In this document: piece by piece, positions 18,789 through 27,120 of the stretch
Numbering within the stretch: the stretch's first letter is position 1
How the letters are laid out: each line of letters starts with the position of its first letter
Assembly (NCBI GenBank): GCA_965215565.1
Contig: CBDCDZ010000004.1
Span: 3,904,001-3,968,000 of the forward strand
DNA length: 64,000 nucleotides
From: Trueperaceae bacterium
GTDB lineage: Bacteria; Deinococcota; Deinococci; Deinococcales; Trueperaceae
Direction: 5' to 3'
The notes under the pieces: model-generated
Databases searched by the model: none
Seen by the model: only the letters and a program-made list of their open reading frames with translations
Told to the model about the DNA's origin: nothing
Made by a program: the position numbers and the translations under genes

Positions 18789-21626
18789 ATGTGCGCTAAC
18801 TTCACCCGTTTTTCTATCTGTTTATTATGTTTACTCCTAAGCGTTCCCCTGCACGCCGCCGCGCAGGGCGAGTCGGCTCAGTCCGCACCCACCACACAGG
18901 AGGTCAGCGGCGACCTCGCTGATATTCGCTTCGAGGGCATCAGCAACGATACGACGAGAAGCCTCGTGCGCGTGCGCTTAGTGGCGCGTCCGGGCACGCC
19001 TGTCGAGCGTATCAATCTGGAGGCGGAGCGCAACCGTATTTTAGGGCTCGGCACCTTCTCGAGCGTGCGCCTCTCGCTAGAGCCCGGTGAAGAGGGTCCG
19101 GTGCTCGTCGTGCAGGCGGAGGAGAACCCGCCGATTGCGGCGGTGGATATTGAGGGCTCGAGCTTCCCCGTAGAGCGCCTCAAGGAGTTCTTAGCGCAGA
19201 GCCTCATCGAAGCAGACACGACGTACAACACCTTTAGAGCCAGAGAAGGCATCGAAATTTTGCAGCAGGTCTATCAGCAGAACGGCTATCCGGGCACCGT
19301 CCCCGTGACGCTGGACGTGGTGCCCGTCGAGCCGGGCGAGGAAGAAAGTGCCGACGCCGATGCGGACGAACCGGACCAAGACGCCGAAACGCCGAGCGCT
19401 ACCGACGAAGAGATTGCTCAAGCTGAGGCGGTGCGGCTCGTCTACACACTCAACGAGTCGCCGCCTTTAGACGAGGTCAACTTTTCGGGCGCGACGGTTT
19501 TTTCCGAGGAGCGGCTGCGCGAGCTGTTCGGACCGCTTGTTAATGGTGAGGACTTCGATCCACGCGCCTATAACGCTGGCGTACAAGCCGTCGCGGACGC
19601 CTACGAGGAGCAAGGCTTTCGGGGCAGCGGTGTAAACCCGAGGACGACGGTGCTGGAAAACGGTACCTTGAACGTCGAGATTCAAGAACTCAGCATCCTG
19701 AGTTTCGACACGACGGCAGTGGGCATCGACGCGGATGCGCTGAGCTTGGAGCGCGGCGACCTCTACAACTACGACGCGCTCTTAGACGATATTCAGCGGC
19801 TCGCGTCGGAGCGCTCGCAGGACATTCGCATCGAGACGACGGTCACGGAAAATGGCGGCGTGCGCGTCGCTTTAGAGTCGGGACCGCCCGACTCCGCCGG
19901 ACCGATCGACGCAGTCGAGATCGAGGGCAACACGGTCTTCTCGAATGAAGAACTGCGCGACGTGCTGCGGCTCGGCGTGAATGACACCTTCACCTCGGCG
20001 GCGGCAGAGGACGACTTTCGGCGGCTCGCGGAGTCCTATCAGAACGCGGGCTACTTGCTCGTCGTTCCCGCCCCTGCTACAGACTTCACCTATCCAGACG
20101 GCACGAACGTCTTTAACTACGTGGACGGCACCTACGTGCAACGCCTGCGCGAGGTCAAGATCGCGGGCTACGAGGTGGACTTGCAAGACGAGGACCCCCG
20201 CACAAATGACGACGTCATCACGCGCTACTTGCCCGACGTGGGCACGGTCTATAACCAGCGCGAGGTGGAGCGGGGCATCCTCGCTATCAACCGCCTGAAC
20301 ATCGTGCAGCTCACCCAGGTCGCGGGGCGCATCAGCCACGCGCTCGTTCCCACGGATCAGCCTGACGAGGTCATCGTGCGCTTTATCGCCTCTGAGCAGC
20401 CCGCCCGCACGATCCGCCCCTCCGCCGAACTCTCCACCGAAGGCGGGGTGAGCTTCGGCGCGGAGGTGGGCTATATCGACTCCAACCTCTTCGGCGAGGC
20501 GCATAGGCTCAGCGTGACGGCGGGCGCGCAGACCTCGGACGTTGGCTTTCAGCTAAGCGGCAACGTGTCGTACGACATCCCCTGGTTGTACGTGGACTTC
20601 TTAGACTTTCAAGAGGTGCCCACCGAACTCAACGTCGACCTCTTCAGCGAGGTGCAGAACAACCAGCCGCTGACAAATGACGGGGAGCGCCGCGTCTGCT
20701 TGGACTTAGGGCAGGCGTGCGCGGACGACCAAAAGGTCTTGATCGGCGAATATAGCCAGCGCGATACGGGTTTACGCTTCGGCGTCGCGCGCCCGGTGCT
20801 TCAAAATACCAGCGTGCGCCTGAGCGGACGCTTCACCTCCACGCGCTACACCACCGAGCCCTTTGATGAGCCGTGTGAAATCGGCGAAGACGGCAACCTG
20901 GCAGTGGAGAACCCTACCAACTGTCGGCTCGACCTAGACGAGGACGACCCCGCTACAGAGGCGAACCGGGCGTTCGTAGCGGACGCGAAGCCGCAGAACG
21001 GGTTCTCGAGCTTCGTCGGCGTGAGCGGCGCGTACGATACCCGTGACAACCCCGAGTTCCCCCGCAGCGGCTACCGCTTCACCGCGAGCACGGGCATCGG
21101 CTTCGGTAACGACTTTCAGCAAGAGGGCGAGCAGCGCGGCTACACCTACCAACCCGTCGAGTTCGGCGCGCGGACCTACTTAGCGCTCGCCAATCCCAGC
21201 CACGTCTTCGCGTTTCGCTTCAACGCAGGGCACCAGTTCAGCTACGGCGGCGACTACCCCACGAGCCGCTTTTTCATCGTCGGCGACACCAACAACGAAG
21301 CCACGCAGCTACGCGGCTACACCCGCGACGACATCAACCCGTCGCGCACCTACGCGGTAGGCACCGCTGAGTACCGCTACGACTTCGGGCTCTCCACGCC
21401 CGTGACGCAAACCATCGTGGGCATCGTCTTCACGGATGTGGGCTACGCCTCGGGTGTGGTGGGTGAAAACTTCGCCGAGCCGCTGCTCTTCAGCGCGGGG
21501 CTCGGGGTGCAGCTCAACATCGGCTTCGGCGGCGCGCTCGCCCTGCCCCCACTGCGCTTCGACTATGGCTTCAGCCCGGCGAACCCCACAGGAACGTTTG
21601 GATTTCGTTTGGGGTTCAACTTCTAA
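18789..21626 (+). CDS. bamA: BamA/Omp85 family outer membrane protein with multiple POTRA domains
   Basis: Signal peptide; repeated I.F/IEGN..F...L POTRA starts; YDTRDN..FPRSG; LRGY; C-terminal FRLGFNF. Confidence 0.85.
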   Translation: MCANFTRFSICLLCLLLSVPLHAAAQGESAQSAPTTQEVSGDLADIRFEGISNDTTRSLVRVRLVARPGTPVERINLEAERNRILGLGTFSSVRLSLEPGEEGPVLVVQAEENPPIAAVDIEGSSFPVERLKEFLAQSLIEADTTYNTFRAREGIEILQQVYQQNGYPGTVPVTLDVVPVEPGEEESADADADEPDQDAETPSATDEEIAQAEAVRLVYTLNESPPLDEVNFSGATVFSEERLRELFGPLVNGEDFDPRAYNAGVQAVADAYEEQGFRGSGVNPRTTVLENGTLNVEIQELSILSFDTTAVGIDADALSLERGDLYNYDALLDDIQRLASERSQDIRIETTVTENGGVRVALESGPPDSAGPIDAVEIEGNTVFSNEELRDVLRLGVNDTFTSAAAEDDFRRLAESYQNAGYLLVVPAPATDFTYPDGTNVFNYVDGTYVQRLREVKIAGYEVDLQDEDPRTNDDVITRYLPDVGTVYNQREVERGILAINRLNIVQLTQVAGRISHALVPTDQPDEVIVRFIASEQPARTIRPSAELSTEGGVSFGAEVGYIDSNLFGEAHRLSVTAGAQTSDVGFQLSGNVSYDIPWLYVDFLDFQEVPTELNVDLFSEVQNNQPLTNDGERRVCLDLGQACADDQKVLIGEYSQRDTGLRFGVARPVLQNTSVRLSGRFTSTRYTTEPFDEPCEIGEDGNLAVENPTNCRLDLDEDDPATEANRAFVADAKPQNGFSSFVGVSGAYDTRDNPEFPRSGYRFTASTGIGFGNDFQQEGEQRGYTYQPVEFGARTYLALANPSHVFAFRFNAGHQFSYGGDYPTSRFFIVGDTNNEATQLRGYTRDDINPSRTYAVGTAEYRYDFGLSTPVTQTIVGIVFTDVGYASGVVGENFAEPLLFSAGLGVQLNIGFGGALALPPLRFDYGFSPANPTGTFGFRLGFNF

Positions 21627-21690
21627 GTTCGTTCAAGGCGTACCTCCAGAGTTTTTATGAGCTTTGGAGGTCCTACTAAGAGGAGTTCGC

Positions 21691-22137
21691 GTGGCGCACA
21701 AGTCCTTAGTTTTTGGGTATATCGAAGGTTCCTGGTTTACCCCAGAATCTTGCCGCGCCTTTCACCGTCATAATACTTGGGTTATTCGCGGGTTGCCTAA
21801 AGAGGATGTCTACCCCTTTCTTACGGAAGGAATGTTCTGTGTACCAGACTTACAGGATAGAACAGTCGTATTCCGAACGCCAGTCATTCATTTCGGCTTC
21901 TCAGTTAAAAACTTTGAATTTGGCGATATACCTGAGTGGCTGGACAAGTTTGAAGGGCTCCTCGCTCGCCTCTTCTGGTTTGAAGCCGAAGTGCATATCA
22001 ATACGGACATCAGAGGAACGTTCAGTTTTGCCTATAGAGTTGATGACAGTATTCTTGACATGTACCACGTGGGTAATCCACAGCCCACAACAAAATGGGA
22101 AAGGGTGCAGTTCGGTAAGAACGACGCTGCCCCCTAA
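21691..22137 (+). CDS. Hypothetical protein with lower GC than its flanks
   Basis: AGGAG before GTG 21691; ~148-aa open frame; AT-richer codon usage. Confidence 0.65.
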   Translation: MAHKSLVFGYIEGSWFTPESCRAFHRHNTWVIRGLPKEDVYPFLTEGMFCVPDLQDRTVVFRTPVIHFGFSVKNFEFGDIPEWLDKFEGLLARLFWFEAEVHINTDIRGTFSFAYRVDDSILDMYHVGNPQPTTKWERVQFGKNDAAP

Positions 22138-22187
22138 CCTAACTTGGCTAAATCGACTTTATCTACGAATATGCTTTTGAAACGCCT

Positions 22188-22811
22188 CTATTCGCCCGCC
22201 ACCGTGCGCAGCAAGCCGATATCCACGAGCGCAATCTTGCCGTAGCCCGCGTTGATGGCACCTTGCCTCGAGAGTTCCCCCACTACTTTCGTGACCGTCT
22301 CGCGCACGGAGCCTACCGCCGCCGCTAAGTCGTCGTGGGTGATGTGCACGACGGGCTCGTCTTGTCCGCCCCGGCTTGCCAAGGCGCTGTCTTGCAAATC
22401 GAGTAGCTCGGCGGCGATGCGCGCCTTGAGGCGCTTGCCCGAGAGCCGGTAGAGCGAGCGGTAGAGCCGCTCCATCGCTTCAACCAAGTGGGTGGTGAGG
22501 TTGAGGTTTTCTTCAGGGTTGAGGGTCATGGGGCTCATCACTTCGACGTTGGTGGGCGTGACTGCCTCGGCGAAGTAGCGCCTCGGCAGACCGCAAACCG
22601 CCTCCTCGCCGAAATAGCCGCCCGGCTTGACGTAACGTAGCGTGAGCCCGTTGCCCTCGTCGTCCACGGTGTGAATGCGGACCAAACCTTCGTGGACGCG
22701 GTAAACGCTGCTGGGTTCGCCAGGGAAGAGGATGACCTCACTGGGACCGTAGCTCAGCGTGTCAGTATAATTGCTCGTTTGTTCTTTCGATGTCGACGCT
22801 GCGGCGCTCAT
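22188..22811 (-). CDS. sdrP: Crp/Fnr family regulator, likely SdrP (Thermus)/DdrI (Deinococcus) ortholog
   Basis: VYRV.EGLVRI..VDDEGN.LTLR.V.PGG.FGEEA; THDDLAAAVGSVRETVTKV.GEL..G.I..GYGKI. Confidence 0.85.
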   Translation of the reverse strand: MSAAASTSKEQTSNYTDTLSYGPSEVILFPGEPSSVYRVHEGLVRIHTVDDEGNGLTLRYVKPGGYFGEEAVCGLPRRYFAEAVTPTNVEVMSPMTLNPEENLNLTTHLVEAMERLYRSLYRLSGKRLKARIAAELLDLQDSALASRGGQDEPVVHITHDDLAAAVGSVRETVTKVVGELSRQGAINAGYGKIALVDIGLLRTVAGE

Positions 22812-23097
22812 ACACCCCTCCCCTCGAGTCCTTCACTTCGTGTAAAAAATGTTACTTTCACCTTCTAAACTATACGTTTTGCCTCCCCGCCGAATGAAAG
22901 TTCACGTTACTAAAATCACGTGCTCACGTGTAAAGTTTCTCATAACTTACAGCAAGCGTCACTTGGTCAGAAACGCGCACGTCCTACAAAGTGCCGTCTA
23001 GCACGACCATTCGAAGATGATGCTTGCGTCACCCTGCCCCGGCACGCCGCAACTGCTATGACCTTCAGAGAAACTTAACCTCTTCTTTAATCTAGGG

Positions 23098-23212
23098 GGT
23101 AGTGCCTGTATCTGGAATGACAGTGGTTCAAAACAAGGGGTTTCAACCCCTTGTTTATGACACGGAGGCGGTAGAAGAAGCACACGGCGGCATTCGACTT
23201 AGAACCACTACT
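23098..23212. mobile_element. IS1-like MITE family B, copy 2
   Basis: GGTAGTG...CACTACT termini; 8-bp direct repeat ATCTAGGG at 23090-23097 and 23213-23220. Confidence 0.8.
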
Positions 23213-23301
23213 ATCTAGGGTGCGGCTCTGGGACGAGGTCCTAAAGCAGAAGTGAGAAAGTTGTGTTGCCGGGTGTTCCGGGCGTCTTAGACTCTATCCA
23301 T

Positions 23302-23743
23302 ATGAACTACGCCTACTTACTGCTCACTGTTCTACCTCTAACGCTAAGCGCCTGCACCGTGTCGTACGAACCTGGCTCGGCGACGCTCACGGCTCAACCG
23401 GCTAATATACGCCCAGCCCGCCAGTCAACCCGCTAGGACGCAAGAGGTCCGCGCAGATGGGCTCGAGCTGCGCACCTACCCCGGCGCGAACACCTTTGAG
23501 CGTGAGGAGAGCCGCGACAAGCTCAGGTGGGAGTTCGGCACCTCGGACGACTTGGCGCGCGTCTACGCTCACTTTCATAGGCAACTGGCGCGGCAGGGCT
23601 GGCGGCGCACCGAGCTAGAGCAAAAAGGTGCTGCCACCAAGCTCGAGGCTAGCTACGGGAAGAACGGGCGGGAACTAGAACTCAAGCTGGACCAGAAGGG
23701 GAAGAGCGGGCGCTACAAGCTCGAGGTAGAAACCGACGATTGA
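23302..23743 (+). pseudogene. Frameshifted lipoprotein gene
   Basis: ATG 23302 frame gives MNYAYLLLTVLPLTLSAC (lipobox) and stops at 23436; the +1 frame continues ...LRTYPGA...VYAHFHRQLARQGW... to 23743. Confidence 0.6.
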
Positions 23744-23795
23744 GCCGAAATACGAGGTAGCAGCAAGCCACGTTCAAGGCTCGAGTTGTCAAACC

Positions 23796-23833
23796 AAAAA
23801 AGAGAGGGCGCTCTGTTCGGGAGCGCCCTCTTT
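23796..23833. terminator. Bidirectional intrinsic terminator
   Basis: Stem AGAGGGCGCTC/GAGCGCCCTCT with A and T tracts, between convergent genes. Confidence 0.75.
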
Positions 23834-23864
23834 CAATCTCTTTGAATAGAACGACGTTCGGAGC

Positions 23865-24713
23865 CTACTCCTCTTCTTGCATCTGCTGCGCGACGAGCGC
23901 GTCCACCGAGGTGACGACAGATATCGGCGTCTCGCTGTCTTCTGTAGGCGCACTCGCAAAGAAGCTGTAAATCACACCCGAGGCGATCTGCACGCCGCTC
24001 AAGTTGACCACCACGTCGCCGCCGTCCGCGCTCTGGACTTGCACCTGGTAAGAGCCTGCGGGCACTTCGGCGTATTCGCCCGCGGAGCCGGAGGAGAGAC
24101 CCGAGGTGAGGTTCGTGCCGCCCTGCATAGCTTGGCTGCCGCCTGTTTCGCCGCTACCCGTACCGCCGCCCGTGCTGCCGCCCGTCGCGCCGCCTTGCGC
24201 CTGTTGCTGCGCTACAACATTGACCGAAGGGGCGCTAGGCGCGGCGTGGACGATGCGGACCAAGGCGCTGCCTGCGGGGGGAAAGCTCGAGAGGTTGTCG
24301 CTCAGCACCTGAAGTTGCACGTTCACCGTCTGCTCACCCGAGTCACCGCCGCCCGTTTGCGAGCCGCCTTGCGCGCCCGTCGCGAGCACGGTGTAGTACT
24401 GACCCGCCTCTAAGGTGACGCTGCTAGACGTCAGAGGTTGCGTCTCGACGTCGCCACCCGTTTCACCTTCGGAGGGACCCTGACCCTCTTCGTACACGTC
24501 CACCTGGTGCTCGCCGGAGGGGAGGGAGGCGTAGCTCGAGACCGTGCCCGCTTCAACCCCTTGCAAGGCGCGCGCGCCGTCCACGTAAATATCGACGTTC
24601 GGTCCACCCTGCGCTAAATGTGCGACGCGCACGGCGGCGGACTCTTGTTGAGCATGGGCTACCGTGAAGGTAAGACCGATGAGTAGAGCGAGCGGTAAAA
24701 AACGTATGATCAT
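23865..24713 (-). CDS. Secreted DUF4397-domain protein (two repeats)
   Basis: Signal peptide (AHA); VRVAHL...PNVDIYVDG and VRIVHAAP.AP.V.V; Gly-rich linkers. Confidence 0.82.
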   Translation of the reverse strand: MIIRFLPLALLIGLTFTVAHAQQESAAVRVAHLAQGGPNVDIYVDGARALQGVEAGTVSSYASLPSGEHQVDVYEEGQGPSEGETGGDVETQPLTSSSVTLEAGQYYTVLATGAQGGSQTGGGDSGEQTVNVQLQVLSDNLSSFPPAGSALVRIVHAAPSAPSVNVVAQQQAQGGATGGSTGGGTGSGETGGSQAMQGGTNLTSGLSSGSAGEYAEVPAGSYQVQVQSADGGDVVVNLSGVQIASGVIYSFFASAPTEDSETPISVVTSVDALVAQQMQEEE

Positions 24714-24801
24714 GGTTAAATCTCCTTTATCCGAATCTTTTGTCCGAATCTTTGAGTTCTCCCTAGATACTTCGGGCGCAGCGTTCCTGCATTGACTTTA
24801 G

Positions 24802-24851
24802 CGTGTTGATCCCGACGTGCTGATCCCAACGTGCTGACCCTAACGTGCTGA
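24802..24851. repeat. 14-bp tandem direct repeat, ~3.5 copies
   Basis: CGTGTTGATCCCGA CGTGCTGATCCCAA CGTGCTGACCCTAA CGTGCTGA. Confidence 0.75.
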
Positions 24852-25126
24852 TAAGGCGATATCCAGCAGGCACCTCCCCGCAGTGGTAGAGCAGAAGTTA
24901 GGAATAGATATGACGTAGCCATCCCACCCCCTTGAACCGCTCTCTTTTATGATACGTATTTAGGCTATGGCATTGAGCGCTCGGAGTTTGGGCGTAACCT
25001 TACAAACGTGAAACATCCCTCTTTTGCAAGAGGGCTTAATGAAGACCGAATTGTATACGAGCGCGAGCGTCAGCAGGAAAGTGAGCGTGACAAACTAAGA
25101 CAGGTTAGCACCTGCTACAAACAATA

Positions 25127-25154
25127 GAAAACCCTCTCCGGTAGCGGAGAGGGT
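25127..25154 (-). terminator. Intrinsic terminator after the chemosensory cluster
   Basis: Stem ACCCTCTCCG/CGGAGAGGGT followed by a T-run on the minus strand. Confidence 0.7.
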
Positions 25155-25172
25155 AAGGGGGGTGACTGGCTT

Positions 25173-25988
25173 CTAAGCAGCTTGTAGCTCGAGCGCCCCT
25201 GCAATCTCAGGGAGCTGCTTGCGCAAGAGGTAGCGCACGACGTTGAGCGCGCCTGCGTCTTTGAGGCGCAAGACGAGCGAGGTGTCCTTGTCCACGCGGC
25301 TTAGGTAGAGGGCCTGCTTGTCGTACTCTAAGAAAAACCCCTCCAAAGACGACGCGCCGATGTGCGCGCCGAGGGCGTTCGCGCCGGAGAGCATAAAGGC
25401 GCAGTAGCTTCCTAAAATGTCGGGGGAGACGCTGCTGTCGCCGAGCTGCACCAGGCTCTCGCCCTGGCGGGTGACGAGCGTCGCCGCCAAGATTTCCTGC
25501 TTGTCCATGAAGGGCTGTAGGTGCGTTTCCAAACCGCCTTGGGGCTGGATTTGCGGTTGTGTTTGGGGCTGGGCTTGCGGGGCAGGTGCGCCCATTTGCG
25601 CAGGGGCAGGTGCGCTGGCTTGAGCCGCGCCTAGCGCCGCTTCGATCTTAGGGAAGATGTCATCGGGCGTAAAGGGCTTCTTGACGACGTCTACTGCGCC
25701 CGCTTCTTGCGCCTTGCGCTCGACTTCGCCGTCTACGACGCCCGAGATGAGCATGACGGGAACGTGGGCGTGCGCACTGCCCGTCTTGATGCTCTCGCAG
25801 AGTTCGAAGCCGCTCTGACCGGGCATGATGACGTCGGCGATGATGAGGTCAGGGGAGAGGTTTTGGAGGGTCTCGAGGGCGTCTTCGGCGCTTTTGGCGG
25901 CGACGACGTCCATCTCGCGCGTTTTGAGGATGCGTTCTAGCGCCTTGCGTACGCTTACACTGTCGTCGACGATTAAAATTTGGGGCAT
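25173..25988 (-). CDS. Response regulator: REC plus C-terminal Roadblock/LC7 (MglB-like) domain
   Basis: IVDDS, IADVIMP, KKPF; Pro/Gln linker; ILAATLVTRQG...LEGFFLEY. Confidence 0.8.
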   Translation of the reverse strand: MPQILIVDDSVSVRKALERILKTREMDVVAAKSAEDALETLQNLSPDLIIADVIMPGQSGFELCESIKTGSAHAHVPVMLISGVVDGEVERKAQEAGAVDVVKKPFTPDDIFPKIEAALGAAQASAPAPAQMGAPAPQAQPQTQPQIQPQGGLETHLQPFMDKQEILAATLVTRQGESLVQLGDSSVSPDILGSYCAFMLSGANALGAHIGASSLEGFFLEYDKQALYLSRVDKDTSLVLRLKDAGALNVVRYLLRKQLPEIAGALELQAA

Positions 25989-26005
25989 GATGACCTTTCT
26001 TTACC

Positions 26006-26788
26006 TTATCTCTTAATGGGATGGAGCGCGGCTTCGCGCTCGTGATCGAGTTCGACTGCGACTTTGAGCAGCAGTTCTTGGACGGTTGAACGGATCGTGG
26101 TGCTGCCCTTGGGCAGCGGCGTGTCGCTCGGCTCGAAGTAAAACTCGGCGTCTTTGTACCTGTCGGCTTCAGCGAAGATACGCACCACCGCGTCCTCGCC
26201 GACGACGCCCTCGAACTCGGCGTGGACGAAACGTCCCTTTTCAAAAAACATCATCGACTCAATGTCACCTAAGAGCACGTAGAGCCTGCCCGAGTTTTCC
26301 TTTTGCGTAAGCGAAACGACGAGATCGAAGAGCGTGAAGACCTCCAGGGTGCCGCTCACCTTTGCGTCGTTGCGCTGCAAGTTCGAGCGTAGCCGGTTGC
26401 GCGGCACCTGCCGGTCCTCTTGGATGTGACCGTTGGCGATCAGCAGTTCGAAGGCGGCTTTGAGGATGTCGGCAGGGTGGGCGCGCTCCTCTAAAAATTT
26501 GTCCGAGTTTGAAGAGGCGAGCTGCTGCGCGTCGGGGTCTAAAAGGATAAACGCAACGTTTTTCGCCGAGGAGTCGTCGCGGACGATTTCGTGGAAGTCG
26601 AGGCCGCTCATATCGCCTAAGTTCTTGCCGCTGATGATGAGGTCGGGCGTGTCGCGCTCCAACATCGTGAGCGCGTAGAGTGCCCCCTCCGCGTTCTGTA
26701 TCTCTAGCTCAGCGCCGAAACGCTTCTCGAAGCGTTCGTGCAGCGATTTGGCGAACGCCGCGTCGGTCATCGCGGTGAGCACCTTCAT
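26006..26788 (-). CDS. Pseudo-receiver plus DUF4388 (PatA_N-like) protein
   Basis: Degenerate REC (PDLIISG); C-terminal SGTLEVFTLFDL...SGRL...FFEKGRFVHA...LLL. Confidence 0.78.
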   Translation of the reverse strand: MKVLTAMTDAAFAKSLHERFEKRFGAELEIQNAEGALYALTMLERDTPDLIISGKNLGDMSGLDFHEIVRDDSSAKNVAFILLDPDAQQLASSNSDKFLEERAHPADILKAAFELLIANGHIQEDRQVPRNRLRSNLQRNDAKVSGTLEVFTLFDLVVSLTQKENSGRLYVLLGDIESMMFFEKGRFVHAEFEGVVGEDAVVRIFAEADRYKDAEFYFEPSDTPLPKGSTTIRSTVQELLLKVAVELDHEREAALHPIKR

Positions 26789-27071
26789 AGGGCCTCCCCT
26801 ACGCGCGCCACTGCGGAGACCGCGCGGACCAAAAGTTGTGCCTTGCTGGGCTTCATCACTTTATCTATCTTCCTACACGGGGTGCGCCTTAGCTGCGAAA
26901 AAGCTATCATTGCGGCGCGCGCAGCGCCGCTGGTAGCGCCGCTCACGGCGAGGTGTGGGGCTTCGCACTGAGGCGTGTGGGTGATAAGCATAGTTAAGGG
27001 GCGCTTCAAAAGCTCTACGTTGGCTCCAGCTCGAGCGAGCTTGGGTGATTGGACCCGCATGAAAGCCAGAA

Positions 27072-27096
27072 GAAGGGCTGGCAACGCCAGCCCTTC
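27072..27096 (-). terminator. Hairpin/terminator downstream of cheA
   Basis: GAAGGGCTGGC-AAC-GCCAGCCCTTC, perfect stem. Confidence 0.5.
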
Positions 27097-27120
27097 GGCA
27101 TCATCCGTAGGTCTCGTACC

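Noticed and set aside
24802..24851. Possible CRISPR array
   Set aside because: 14-bp period with no unique spacers, and no cas genes in the window
26785..27084. 99-aa ORF between cheA and the DUF4388 gene
   Set aside because: Starts inside a hairpin, no recognisable motifs or RBS; probably spurious
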